A stretch of 64,000 bases of DNA, taken from assembly GCA_964613475.1 (NCBI GenBank), contig CAZTGV010000004.1, positions 12,375 to 76,374 of the forward strand. Direction: 5' to 3'. Origin of the DNA: an uncultured Gemmatimonadota bacterium. GTDB lineage: Bacteria > Gemmatimonadota > Gemmatimonadetes > Palauibacterales > Palauibacteraceae. Within the stretch, counting starts at the first letter, position 1; every line of letters begins with the position of its first letter. Below are positions 1 through 8,991 of the stretch, one piece after another. A program made the translations under genes and the position numbers. The notes under the pieces were generated by a model. It saw nothing but the letters and a program-made list of their open reading frames with translations, did not search any database and was not told the origin of the DNA.

Positions 1-287
1 GGCACGCGAGGCCGCTCCCGGCCGTCGTCCGCCTCCGCCTCTCCGATCAGGGACTCCACCTCGCGTCGCACGGAGCGCCGGTAGGCGAGGAAGAGACCGC
101 CCCCGACCACCGCGAGCACGAAGTAGGGCGTGGCCATCATCAGCAGCCCGCTCCACATGAAGCCCGCCTGCACGTTCGCCGCGGAGCCCTCGATGCACCC
201 CGGGCAGGCGAGCGCCCGTGACGCCGCGAGCGCCACCGCGGCGGTCGCCGACAGGCCCGCACCGGCGACGCTCACGGTCCCAACCAT
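1..287 (-). CDS. small membrane protein, partial (3' end cut by window edge)
   Basis: ATG at 287-285 on the minus strand opens a frame with no stop before the window edge. It reads MVGTVSVAGAGLSATAAVALAASRALACPGCIEGS...MWSGLLMMATPYFVLAVVGGGLFLAY. It has two hydrophobic segments and a CPGC motif, and it overlaps the ctaB stop. It is absent from the ORF track because there is no stop in the window. Confidence 0.35.
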   Translation of the reverse strand, partial: MVGTVSVAGAGLSATAAVALAASRALACPGCIEGSAANVQAGFMWSGLLMMATPYFVLAVVGGGLFLAYRRSVRREVESLIGEAEADDGRERPRV

Positions 288-1183
288 CCGTCGAGCACCA
301 GCGCGCCCAGGAGGAGCGGCAGGTAGAGGATCGAGTAACGGAAGAGCCGCGCGGCCGCCTCCCGCGAGGGCGAGCGGAGGAAGCCGAAGGCCCGCGCCAC
401 GAACGTGGCCCCGAGCGCGAGCGCCGTCCAGAAGTAGAGCGCCCCGGACAGGCCGAGCAGCGTCGGCGCCAGGCTGGCCGGCACCAGCGCCAGCGTGAAG
501 GTCAGCGCCCGATACCGGGTGCGCACGCCGGCCGGATCGTCCACGCTCAGCATCCGGAGGCCCGCCGCGCGATAGTCGCCCCGGTACAGCCACGCGAGCG
601 CCAGGAAGTGCGGCAGCTGCCACAGGAACAGGATGGCGAACAGCACCCCGGCGCCGAGGTCCAGCCGTCCGGTGGCCGCCGTCCAGCCGCCCGCGATCGG
701 GAGCGCGCCGGGGACCGCCCCCACCAGCGTGGAGAGCGGATGGACGCGCTTGAGCGGGGTGTAGGCCAGGTCGTAGATGAGGAACGCCGCGGCGGCCAGT
801 ACGGCGGTCAGGAGGTTCACCGCGAGGCCGAGGTACGCGATCCCGACGGCGGCGAGCGCGCCCGAGAACACGCCCGCGGGCCCCGCCCGCAGGCGTCCCG
901 CCGGAAGCGGCCGCTCGCGGGTGCGCGCCATCCGGGCGTCGACATCCCGCTCCAGGACCTGGTTCATGGCGCTCGTGCCGGCGGCCACCAGCGAGGTCCC
1001 GAGGAGGGCGTGGAACAGCCGGAGCCAGTCTACGGCCCCGCCGCTTCCGAGCCAGTAGCCGGCGGCGGTCGTCACCAGGACGAGCGCCGTGATCCGGGGC
1101 TTGGTGAGCGCCAGGTAGTCGGAGAGCGCCCCCCGGGCGCGGCCGGTCGGCCGTGCCGGGGCCTCGACGAGGGCGCGGGCCAT
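272..1183 (-). CDS. ctaB: protoheme IX farnesyltransferase (heme O synthase)
   Basis: 303-aa polytopic protein with the UbiA-family pattern LALTKPRITALVLVTTAAGY...ERDVDARMARTRERPLPAGR. It sits at the end of the cytochrome oxidase gene array. Confidence 0.9.
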   Translation of the reverse strand: MARALVEAPARPTGRARGALSDYLALTKPRITALVLVTTAAGYWLGSGGAVDWLRLFHALLGTSLVAAGTSAMNQVLERDVDARMARTRERPLPAGRLRAGPAGVFSGALAAVGIAYLGLAVNLLTAVLAAAAFLIYDLAYTPLKRVHPLSTLVGAVPGALPIAGGWTAATGRLDLGAGVLFAILFLWQLPHFLALAWLYRGDYRAAGLRMLSVDDPAGVRTRYRALTFTLALVPASLAPTLLGLSGALYFWTALALGATFVARAFGFLRSPSREAAARLFRYSILYLPLLLGALVLDGWLGP

Positions 1184-1238
1184 CCCTAGCCGACCACGCC
1201 CGTCAACGGGATTCCATCACCGCCCGCGCGCGTCCGCG

Positions 1239-1511
1239 TCAACGATACTCCATCAGCATCGCCACGATGAGGATCACGACCAGCGGAAGCGGCGCCAGCG
1301 CCACGATCCGCAGCCGGTTCGGCTCGAAGCGGAGATGCATGTAGTACAGCGCCACCAGCCCGGCGCTCACCAGCGAGATGAGCACCAGCAGGGTGATGGC
1401 GACCGACTTGGGGACGTTCATCATCGAGACGCCGACCTTGGCGAACATGAGGACCGCAAGCACGCCCCAGATCGCCATGTACGGCGGATGCGCCTTCTCG
1501 TCGCCTTGCAC
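1239..1511 (-). CDS. small cytochrome c oxidase subunit IV-like membrane protein
   Basis: Two TM helices (HPPYMAIWGVLAVLMFAKVGV... and LLVLISLVSAGLVALYYMHLRF). GTG start at 1511 is preceded by GGGGAGGAGG. It lies directly downstream of subunit III. The longer ORF-track start is R/G-rich and unlikely. Confidence 0.6.
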   Translation of the reverse strand: MQGDEKAHPPYMAIWGVLAVLMFAKVGVSMMNVPKSVAITLLVLISLVSAGLVALYYMHLRFEPNRLRIVALAPLPLVVILIVAMLMEYR

Positions 1512-1590
1512 CGCTCGCCTCCTCCCCGTTTCCGTGCGACCGCCCGGCCCGGCCCGCGCCGGCGCGCCGGGCGCGGAACCACGTCTCAAC

Positions 1591-2193
1591 CTAGATCAGG
1601 TAGACGATCGTGAACAGTACGATCCACACCAGATCGACGAAGTGCCAGTACAGGCCCAGCACCTCGATTCCCTGGAAGTTCTCGGCCGACCAGCGGCCCC
1701 GGAACGCCTCCACCAGGGCCCACGCGAGGCAGACCACCCCGCAGAACACGTGGAAGCCGTGGAAGCCGGTCATCGTGTAGAACGTGGCGCCGTAGAGGCC
1801 CGACTGCGGCGTGAAGCCGTGCGCCACCAGCTCCCGGTACTCGTAGGCCTGCACGCCGAGGAACGTCGCGCCGAGGAGGAGCGTCAGCCCCAGGTAGAGC
1901 CGGATTCCCCGGGTGTCGCCCTTCTCCGCCGCCGCGAACGCCTTCACCATGCTGACGCTGCTGCAGATCAGGATGAAGGTGTTCACCGCCGTGACCGGCA
2001 CGTTCAGCACCTCGCCCGGCGCCGCCCAGCTCTCCGAGGCCCCGAACCGGAGGACGACGTAGGTGCCGATCAGGGCGGAGAAGAACATCACCTCGGAGCC
2101 GAGGAACATCCACATCCCCACCTTCTTGGTGTAGACGTCGAGCCCCCGCTCGGGGGCCCGGTCGACCGTTCCGGCCGTCGCGTGGGCGGCCAT
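1591..2193 (-). CDS. ctaE: cytochrome c oxidase subunit III
   Basis: 200 aa with motifs FFSALIGTYVVLRF, TGFHGFHVFCGV and YWHFVDLVWIVLFTIVYL. It abuts subunit I. Confidence 0.9.
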   Translation of the reverse strand: MAAHATAGTVDRAPERGLDVYTKKVGMWMFLGSEVMFFSALIGTYVVLRFGASESWAAPGEVLNVPVTAVNTFILICSSVSMVKAFAAAEKGDTRGIRLYLGLTLLLGATFLGVQAYEYRELVAHGFTPQSGLYGATFYTMTGFHGFHVFCGVVCLAWALVEAFRGRWSAENFQGIEVLGLYWHFVDLVWIVLFTIVYLI

Positions 2194-4019
2194 CAGGTGA
2201 GCGCCGGCTCGGCTTCCGGCCCGGCGGTCTCGCCCGTGTCGGGCTTGTCGCCGGCCACCGGCTTCACCTTGGCGGGCGTGACCACCTCCGGGCGCTCGTT
2301 CTGCGCCAGCCAGTCACGGTCCGCCACCTCCGGGTGGCTGTATTCGTAGGGGCCGTGGTAGACCACCGGGATCTCCTTCCAGTTCCCGTGCTTGGGCGGG
2401 GAGGGCGTCTGCCACTCCAGCGTGGTCGCGTTCCAGGGATTCGCCTCCGCCTTCCGGCCCCAGAACAGGCCGTAGACGAAGTTCGCCAGGAAGAGGAGCC
2501 CGCTCGCGAACAGCCCGAAGGCGGCGAGCGTGATGAGGAGGTTCGTGTCCTGCATTCCTTCCAGGTGCTGGTACCCGGTCGTGTCGTACAACCGCCGCAT
2601 CATGCCGCCCGTGCCCAGCCCGTGCATCGGGAAGAAGACGAGGTTGAAGAAGAGGAAGGTGAGGCCGAAGTGGATCTTCCCGACCGTCTCGCTCATCATC
2701 CGTCCGAACATCTTCGGGAACCAGTAATAGATGCCCGCGAAGATGGCGAACAGGCTGCCGCCGAACAGCACGTAGTGGATGTGCGCGACGACGAAGTAGC
2801 TGTCGTGCAGGAAGATGTCCACCGGCGTGGCGGCCAGGAAGACGCCGCTCAATCCGCCGATCACGAACATCATCACGAAGCCCACCCCGAAGAGCATCGG
2901 GCTGTGGAAGTGCAGGTTCCCGCCCCACAGGGTCCCCATCCAGTTGAACACCTTGATGGCGGAGGGGACCGCGATGACCATCGTGGTGACCATGAAGCCA
3001 GTGCCGAGGGCCGGGTTCATGCCGCTCACGAACATGTGGTGGCCCCACACGACCCAGCCCAGGAAGGCGATCGCCACGATCGCCAGAACCATCGCGTTGT
3101 AGCCGAAGATCGGCTTGCGCGAGCCGTTGGCGATCACCTCCGAGATGATCCCGAACGCCGGCAGGATCAGGATGTAGACCTCCGGGTGGCCGAAGAACCA
3201 GAACAGGTGCTGCCACAGGAGCGGCTGACCACCCTCGGCCGCCAGGAAGAAGGTCGTCCCGATCGTCTGGTCGAAGAAGAGCATCACGACCGCGGCCGAG
3301 AGGACCGGCATGGCGAGCAGCGCCAGGATCGCCGTGATGAACAGGGCCCAGACGACGAGCGGGAGCCGGAACCAGGTCATGCCGGGCGCCCGCATGCTCA
3401 CCACGGTCGTGATGTAGTTGACCGACCCGAGGATCGAGGAGAGGCCGAGCAGCACGATGCTCAGGCACCAGAGCTGCTGGCCCAGGTGGACGCCCGTCAT
3501 CTCCGGCATGGCGCTCAGCGGCGCGTAGGCCGTCCAGCCGGCTCCCGCCGCGCCCCCGACCACGAAGAAGCTCCCGACCATCAGGACCCCGGCGGGCACC
3601 GCGGTCCAGAAGGAGGCCAGGTTCAGGCGCGGGAACGCCATGTCCCGGGCCCCGATCATCAGCGGGATCAGGTAGTTGGCGAACACGCCCACCAGCAGCG
3701 GCATGATGGCGAAAAAGACCATGAACGTGCCATGCATGGTGACCAGCGCGTTGTAGAACTCGGGCAGCAGCACCCCGCCCGAGACCATGGACTCCGGGAA
3801 CAGGTCGCCGCCGGGCAGCGACTCGGTCGGCCAGGCCAGCTGGTAGCGGATCAGCATGGCCAGGAAGCCGCCGATGAGCAGGAAGATGAGGCTCATCAGC
3901 AGGAACTGAATGCCGATGATCTTGTGGTCGGTGGAGAAGATGTACTTCTTCCAGAAGGGGAGCTCGTGCTCCTCCTCCAGGTAGGGTCGGCCGGTCGCTT
4001 CCGCCAGGATCGTCGCCAT
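2193..4019 (-). CDS. ctaD: cytochrome c oxidase subunit I (heme-copper oxidase)
   Basis: 608 aa with motifs WFFGHPEVYILILPAFG, HHMF and VVAHFHYV-like (VVAHIHYVLFGG). The protein is 12-TM-like. Confidence 0.95.
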   Translation of the reverse strand: MATILAEATGRPYLEEEHELPFWKKYIFSTDHKIIGIQFLLMSLIFLLIGGFLAMLIRYQLAWPTESLPGGDLFPESMVSGGVLLPEFYNALVTMHGTFMVFFAIMPLLVGVFANYLIPLMIGARDMAFPRLNLASFWTAVPAGVLMVGSFFVVGGAAGAGWTAYAPLSAMPEMTGVHLGQQLWCLSIVLLGLSSILGSVNYITTVVSMRAPGMTWFRLPLVVWALFITAILALLAMPVLSAAVVMLFFDQTIGTTFFLAAEGGQPLLWQHLFWFFGHPEVYILILPAFGIISEVIANGSRKPIFGYNAMVLAIVAIAFLGWVVWGHHMFVSGMNPALGTGFMVTTMVIAVPSAIKVFNWMGTLWGGNLHFHSPMLFGVGFVMMFVIGGLSGVFLAATPVDIFLHDSYFVVAHIHYVLFGGSLFAIFAGIYYWFPKMFGRMMSETVGKIHFGLTFLFFNLVFFPMHGLGTGGMMRRLYDTTGYQHLEGMQDTNLLITLAAFGLFASGLLFLANFVYGLFWGRKAEANPWNATTLEWQTPSPPKHGNWKEIPVVYHGPYEYSHPEVADRDWLAQNERPEVVTPAKVKPVAGDKPDTGETAGPEAEPALT

Positions 4020-4080
4020 CGCTAGCTGCCCTCCGTGGAGTTGCCGGCCCCCGCCGCGCCCGCGCCCGCGCCGGGCCGCC

Positions 4081-4749
4081 TCACCGCCCCTGCCCCGACT
4101 GCTCGCGCGTCCACGCCTCGTACGTCCCCGGCTCGTGGATGACTACCCGGCCGCGCATCCGGTAATGGCCGAGCCCGCACAGCTCCGCGCAGCCGATCTC
4201 CATCTCCCCCGGCTCCGTCGCCTCGAACCAGACGGGGATCGTCATCCCCGGGACCGCGTCCTGCTTCACCCGCAGCTGCGGGATGAAGAAGGAGTGGATC
4301 ACGTCCTCCGACTGGAGCCGCACCACGACCGGCTCGCCGGCCGGGATGTGGAACTGGTTGCGGATCGTGAAATCGTCCTCCGTGCCGGGCGTGCCGTCCA
4401 CCCCCGGGTAGGCCACGTTCCACTCGAACTGCTTGGCCGTCACGTCCAGCGTCAGGGCGTCCGCCGGGAAGGACGTCTCGCTCCGGATGTCGGCCCAGAT
4501 GCTGCCGCTGTAGACCCCCAGGAAGACGAGCACCAGCGCGGGCACCGCCGTCCACAGGATCTCCAGCCGCTTGCTCCCGTGGGTGTAGCGCGCCCGCCGG
4601 CCCTCGCGGCGGCGGTACTTGAAGGCGAACCACAGGATCCCGAGCTCGACCAGCACGAAGGCGATGCCCGTGATCACGAGGATGATCAGGAACAGCCGGT
4701 CGATCGGGATCCCGTGGATCGACAGGTTCGCTGGAAGCGACCAGTGCAC
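4081..4749 (-). CDS. ctaC: cytochrome c oxidase subunit II (CuA, no fused cytochrome c domain)
   Basis: Two N-terminal TM helices and the CuA site DVIHSFFIP...CAELCGLGHYRM. The 222-aa length leaves no room for a fused heme c domain. Confidence 0.95.
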   Translation of the reverse strand: MHWSLPANLSIHGIPIDRLFLIILVITGIAFVLVELGILWFAFKYRRREGRRARYTHGSKRLEILWTAVPALVLVFLGVYSGSIWADIRSETSFPADALTLDVTAKQFEWNVAYPGVDGTPGTEDDFTIRNQFHIPAGEPVVVRLQSEDVIHSFFIPQLRVKQDAVPGMTIPVWFEATEPGEMEIGCAELCGLGHYRMRGRVVIHEPGTYEAWTREQSGQGR

Positions 4750-4800
4750 GGCGTCTCCTCCCTGGCTCGGTTGGACGCGCGGAGGGGGAGCGGGGGCGCC

Positions 4801-5685
4801 TCAGCGCCCCGCCCCTCCCGTCTCCGACGGCCGCACGGCGGCCGGACCACTCTCGGCGTGCCACCGGACGATGAGCGGCTCGCCGAGCGGCACCTCGGCG
4901 CCCGCCATGTCGGCGCTGTACTCGAACGCCGCCTCGGCCGTCTCCCCGGCCACGACCGTCACGTTCGCGGTCTGCGTCCCGTACCCCTCGTGCCACGCCT
5001 CCAGGACGTAGTCTCCGGCCGGCAGGTTGGACAGCTCGAAGCTTCCGTCCTCGCCCGACACCGCGTGGTAGGGATGGTCGGTCACGCCGATGTACGCCTC
5101 CATCCAGCCGTGCACGTCACAGCGGACGGGGACCATGACCTCCTGGGCACTGAACTGCCGCGTCGTCTCCATCCCCTGGCGGGGCTGGCTGATGTTGAAG
5201 CCGCGGTTCCGCTCCGGCTGCGTGTTCACGTTGTGCAGCAGCGGGTCGCTGTTGATGATCCGGAGCGGCTGGCCCGCCTGGATGCCGAGCACGTGCGGAT
5301 CGTAGCGGCAGTTCTCCTGGTCGAGGTCCACCGGGGTCTGGGGCGCCGGGAACTCGCGGTCGAGCCCGTCCCGCACGTAAACGAACACGTTTGCCAGGCT
5401 GCCGTCGCGCACCACCACCCGCTCCCGCATCGGGCCGTCCTCGCCGTACGCGTCGGCGCACTCGGGCTCCTCGGACATGTCGAGCGGCTCGGGCGCCGGC
5501 GCCGTGCCCGTGAAGGTCACCGTCCCGCGCACGCTCCCCGCTTCGGCCGGGTCGACCACCTCCTCGGCGGCCGCCTCCGCGTCCTCGGGCGCCTCCGCGT
5601 CCTCGGGCGCCTGCTCCCCGCCGCATCCGGCGACGACGAGGAGCGCGAGGGCGGCGGCGGTCCGCTTCAGCATCCGATCCAACAT
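4801..5685 (-). CDS. lipoprotein with cupredoxin (type-1 Cu) domain and C-terminal CarboxypepD_reg-like domain
   Basis: ATG at 5685 is preceded by AAGGAGGGA. Signal peptide and lipobox LLVVAGCGG. Candidate Cu ligands are HNVN...CDVHGWM (a C-x2-H-x2-M loop as in amicyanin). The C-terminal segment GEDGSFELSNLPAGDYVLEAWHEGYG is typical of carboxypeptidase-regulatory-like folds. Confidence 0.7.
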   Translation of the reverse strand: MLDRMLKRTAAALALLVVAGCGGEQAPEDAEAPEDAEAAAEEVVDPAEAGSVRGTVTFTGTAPAPEPLDMSEEPECADAYGEDGPMRERVVVRDGSLANVFVYVRDGLDREFPAPQTPVDLDQENCRYDPHVLGIQAGQPLRIINSDPLLHNVNTQPERNRGFNISQPRQGMETTRQFSAQEVMVPVRCDVHGWMEAYIGVTDHPYHAVSGEDGSFELSNLPAGDYVLEAWHEGYGTQTANVTVVAGETAEAAFEYSADMAGAEVPLGEPLIVRWHAESGPAAVRPSETGGAGR

Positions 5686-5773
5686 GGCGTTCCCTCCTTG
5701 ATTGAATTCGACCGGCCGCGCCGGCAGGCGCCCGCGCTCGCACGGAGCGCCCGCCCTGCGGCTCGTTCCCTCT

Positions 5774-7312
5774 TCAGGCGGCGCCTCCACGCTGCGCCCG
5801 GCGAACCACGACCACGCCGATCCCGGCCGTGAGCAGGATCGCGATCAGGGGCGACACGTACAGCATGCGGGATCGAGGCTCCTCGAGCACAAGATAATAC
5901 CAGGATCCGATCGCGCCGCGACCGGCCGTCTCGCCGCTCGAGCCGTCCCAGGCGTAGAAGGCGACCGGCACCGCCCCTCCTTCGGGGAAGGCGAGCCCCT
6001 CCCCTTCCGTCGCCAGCGGCCGCCGGAAGACCAGGCGCCACTGGCCACGCTCGAAGGTGGCGCGCCCCTCCAGCGCGCCGTCCGGCAGCGGCTCCAGCTC
6101 GACGAGCCCGCGGGCCCGCCGCTCGCTCGACCCCTCCGCGCTGTCCCAGTGCCACAGGTAGACCGGCGCCCGTGCGCTGCCCATGAGGAAATAGGGCCGG
6201 TCCATCCCCGTCGGTGGCTCGAAGGGAAACTGCACGGCGAAGGCGTCCGGAACGGGATCGGTCGGGATCGGCATCTCGTCGTCGTGCAACGTCCGGGCGA
6301 GCTTCTCCTGCCACTCCGTCCAGCCCGGATCCGGGCTCCGGGAGGGATCGTTCCACGCGAGCCGGAGCGCCAGCGTCTCGCCGTCGTGGAGCCCCTGCAC
6401 CCAGACTCCCCGCACCATGGGCGCGAAGCTCCGCGGCGGCTCGATGATCTGTCCGGCCAAGGGGAAATAGTAGCGCTCCACCTCGTCCCAGGCGGGGTCG
6501 TCGGGTTCGCTCGGCGGCGGCTCGTCCCGCCGCGTCACCCTCACCACCTCCCGAAGCGGGGGCGCGCGGGGCGCGCTCAGCGAGGCCACGTAGTGGGCCA
6601 AATGCCAGAGCTCGTCCTGGGTCACGATCCCGGCCTCGACGGCGTCCATCTGGGTCGGCATCGGCGTCCCGTCCAACCCTGTCAGCATGCGCCGATGGAC
6701 CTGCTCGGCCCCGGGGCCGCCGTCGAACAGCCAGGCCATCGTGAGGTCGGCCGCCCGGACCGGGAGGCCGCGCCAGTCCTCCAGGGTGGGCGCGGAGGAT
6801 CCGTCGCCGCGCCCCGCCTCCCCGTGGCAGCGGTTGCACTCCAGCGTCTCGTACGCCGCGCGCCCGGATTCGAGCGCCTCGTCCCCGCCCCCGGGGTCGG
6901 GCGGGAAGGAGAGCGCCTCCGCGGTCTCCTGCTCGAAGAAGGGGGAGAGCGTCTTGAGGTAGGCCACCACATCCCGCTGCTCCGCCGAGGAGAGGTTCGG
7001 CCAGCCCGGCATGGTGGTCCCGGGAATCCCGTCGCGCAGCACGCGGAGCAGGTCCTCGTCCGTCGGGAGCTGTCCCGTGCCGGTGGTCCGCACCTGGTAG
7101 CGGGCCGCGACGAAGTCCCTCGGCCGCGGGAGCATGTGGGTGGCGGCCGGGCCGTCGCCCTCCCCCTCCGCACCGTGGCACTCCGCGCACCAGCGGTCGT
7201 ACACCCGCTCGCCGGCCTCGGCGTCTTGCCCCGCGGCGCCGCCCGCCAGGAAGCCCACGAGCCCCGCCGCCAGCCCGAGCACCGCAGCCGGGATTCGCGC
7301 CCGCCCGATCAT
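5774..7312 (-). CDS. membrane-anchored diheme cytochrome c fused to an EB_dh/DOMON-like heme-binding domain
   Basis: ATG at 7312 forms an ATGA overlap with the upstream stop. Signal-like N-terminus MIGRARIPAAVLGLAAGLVGFLAG. Two CxxCH sites (CAECHG, CNRCHG). The C-terminal half (AFAVQFPF...YLWHW...VAFYAWDGS) resembles the ethylbenzene-dehydrogenase-type heme domain. There is a terminal TM helix. Confidence 0.75.
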   Translation of the reverse strand: MIGRARIPAAVLGLAAGLVGFLAGGAAGQDAEAGERVYDRWCAECHGAEGEGDGPAATHMLPRPRDFVAARYQVRTTGTGQLPTDEDLLRVLRDGIPGTTMPGWPNLSSAEQRDVVAYLKTLSPFFEQETAEALSFPPDPGGGDEALESGRAAYETLECNRCHGEAGRGDGSSAPTLEDWRGLPVRAADLTMAWLFDGGPGAEQVHRRMLTGLDGTPMPTQMDAVEAGIVTQDELWHLAHYVASLSAPRAPPLREVVRVTRRDEPPPSEPDDPAWDEVERYYFPLAGQIIEPPRSFAPMVRGVWVQGLHDGETLALRLAWNDPSRSPDPGWTEWQEKLARTLHDDEMPIPTDPVPDAFAVQFPFEPPTGMDRPYFLMGSARAPVYLWHWDSAEGSSERRARGLVELEPLPDGALEGRATFERGQWRLVFRRPLATEGEGLAFPEGGAVPVAFYAWDGSSGETAGRGAIGSWYYLVLEEPRSRMLYVSPLIAILLTAGIGVVVVRRAQRGGAA

Positions 7313-8151
7313 TCCGCCTCCCCCACCATCTCCTCCCACGTCCTGGGCGTGGCGCCCGTCTGATCGTACAGGAAGACGATCAGGGACCAGATCTCGTCCT
7401 GCTCCAGGATCTCCTCCCAGGCGGGCATGGCGGAGTTCCACGGGGCGCCCTCGCGCGGCAGGCCCGGGCCGCCCTTGGCGATCCGCCAGAACACGTAGCT
7501 CTCGGTGAGCTGCGGGAGCGTGCCGGAGCTGGTGAAGTCCGCCGGGACCGGGTTGAACGCGGCGGCGAAGTGCCCGTCGCCCGCCAGGCGGTCGCCGTGG
7601 CACGGCACGCAGTTGCGCGCGTAGAGCGCCGCCCCGCGCCGCACGTGCTCCTCCAGGGAGCCGCGGTGCCGCAGGGGGTTCTCGAGCCCCGCCAGCCGGA
7701 TCGTCTCGCCGCGGAAGGAGATCTGGGTGGGTGGGGCCGGGTGCACGGAGCGCAGCCCCGCCGGGGCGGCGTAGCTCGGCGAGACCGCCCGGTAGGTGAA
7801 CCAGCCGGCGAGCAGGGGCACCGTCACCAGCAGCGCGAGCCGCAGCCCCCGCCGCTGGGGGTCCACCAGCGTGCGGCGCACCGGCTCCCGGAAGCGCCGC
7901 CAGCGTTCCTCGTCGGCGCTGACGAAGAGCAGCACGCCGACCAGCACGGTGGCCATGTACTGGAGGATCACGCTCCGCGGTACCGGCGCGCTCGGGACGC
8001 CCACCACGGGCAGGAGGTAGCCGATCCCGTACTCGAACACGAGATAGGCGACCGCCAGCACCAGGACGGCCTGCCAGAAGGGATGCGTGAGGAGCCGGCG
8101 CACACCCCGCGCCTCGCCGCTCCCACGCCGCTCCGGAGGGCCGGCGCTCAT
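7309..8151 (-). CDS. membrane-bound monoheme cytochrome c
   Basis: Two N-terminal TM helices followed by NCVPCHGD and a distal AMPAW region. It has ATGA overlaps with both neighbours. Confidence 0.75.
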   Translation of the reverse strand: MSAGPPERRGSGEARGVRRLLTHPFWQAVLVLAVAYLVFEYGIGYLLPVVGVPSAPVPRSVILQYMATVLVGVLLFVSADEERWRRFREPVRRTLVDPQRRGLRLALLVTVPLLAGWFTYRAVSPSYAAPAGLRSVHPAPPTQISFRGETIRLAGLENPLRHRGSLEEHVRRGAALYARNCVPCHGDRLAGDGHFAAAFNPVPADFTSSGTLPQLTESYVFWRIAKGGPGLPREGAPWNSAMPAWEEILEQDEIWSLIVFLYDQTGATPRTWEEMVGEAE

Positions 8152-8987
8152 CGCAGGCTCTCCATGAAGTCGAGCAGCGCCTCCAGCTCCGCGGCCGTCA
8201 TCCGCTGGCCGAAATCCGCCGGCATGGTACCGGCGAAGGCCTCGAATCCGGGCGCCGTGTCCGCCCCGGGCACGAGGATCGCCCTCCGGAGCTCGGCGCG
8301 GTCCCCGCGCATCGCCTCGAACGCCGGCCCGACCGGGCCGCCCTCACCCCCGAGCTGGTGGCAGGCGAGGCACCCGTACGCCTCGACCAGGGCGCGGCCG
8401 CGCTCCGCGTCCGCGCCGCCGGCCGCACCCGCCGGCCCGCCGCCGGCCACCTCGCCGTCCGCCTCGGCCGCGCCGGCCGGCGTCCCTTCCCCGATCGGTG
8501 CGCCTTCCCCGGCCGGCGCCCCGCCGGACGCCTCGGCGATTTCGGCCGCCGTGACCGTCACCTCCCCGCCCTGGCTCTCGAGGAAGGCGACGAGCGCCCA
8601 CACCTGGGGCTCTCCGAGCGTCCGGCCGAAGTTCGGCATGATCGGTTGGAAGCCCTCCACGACGTGCGCGTTCGGGTCCGCCAGGGACTGGTGCAGGTAG
8701 TCCCGGCAGGAGATCTCCGGCACCCGCGTCTCGCACACCTGTCCGGCGACCCCGATCAGTTCGGGAGCCCGTGTCCCCGTCCCGTGGCACGCCTCGCAGC
8801 CGCCCACCCCTCGGTAGATCCGCTCGCCCATCGCCACCAGCTCCTCGGTCGTCGTCTCCGGGCCGATCTCGACCGCGGCCGCCTCGGGAACCTCCGATTC
8901 CACCTGCGGGATGGCGTTGGCCACCAGCGTGTACAGACCGAGGGTGACCACGATGACCAGCGCGATGTTCAGGTTCGTCCGCCACAC
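8148..8987 (-). CDS. membrane-anchored diheme cytochrome c
   Basis: N-terminal TM anchor NIALVIVVTLGLYTLVANA. Two CxxCH sites (GGCEACHG, YGCLACHQ), each followed by a PIMPNF/MPADF-type Met region. Confidence 0.8.
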   Translation of the reverse strand: MWRTNLNIALVIVVTLGLYTLVANAIPQVESEVPEAAAVEIGPETTTEELVAMGERIYRGVGGCEACHGTGTRAPELIGVAGQVCETRVPEISCRDYLHQSLADPNAHVVEGFQPIMPNFGRTLGEPQVWALVAFLESQGGEVTVTAAEIAEASGGAPAGEGAPIGEGTPAGAAEADGEVAGGGPAGAAGGADAERGRALVEAYGCLACHQLGGEGGPVGPAFEAMRGDRAELRRAILVPGADTAPGFEAFAGTMPADFGQRMTAAELEALLDFMESLR

Positions 8988-8991
8988 GGCC

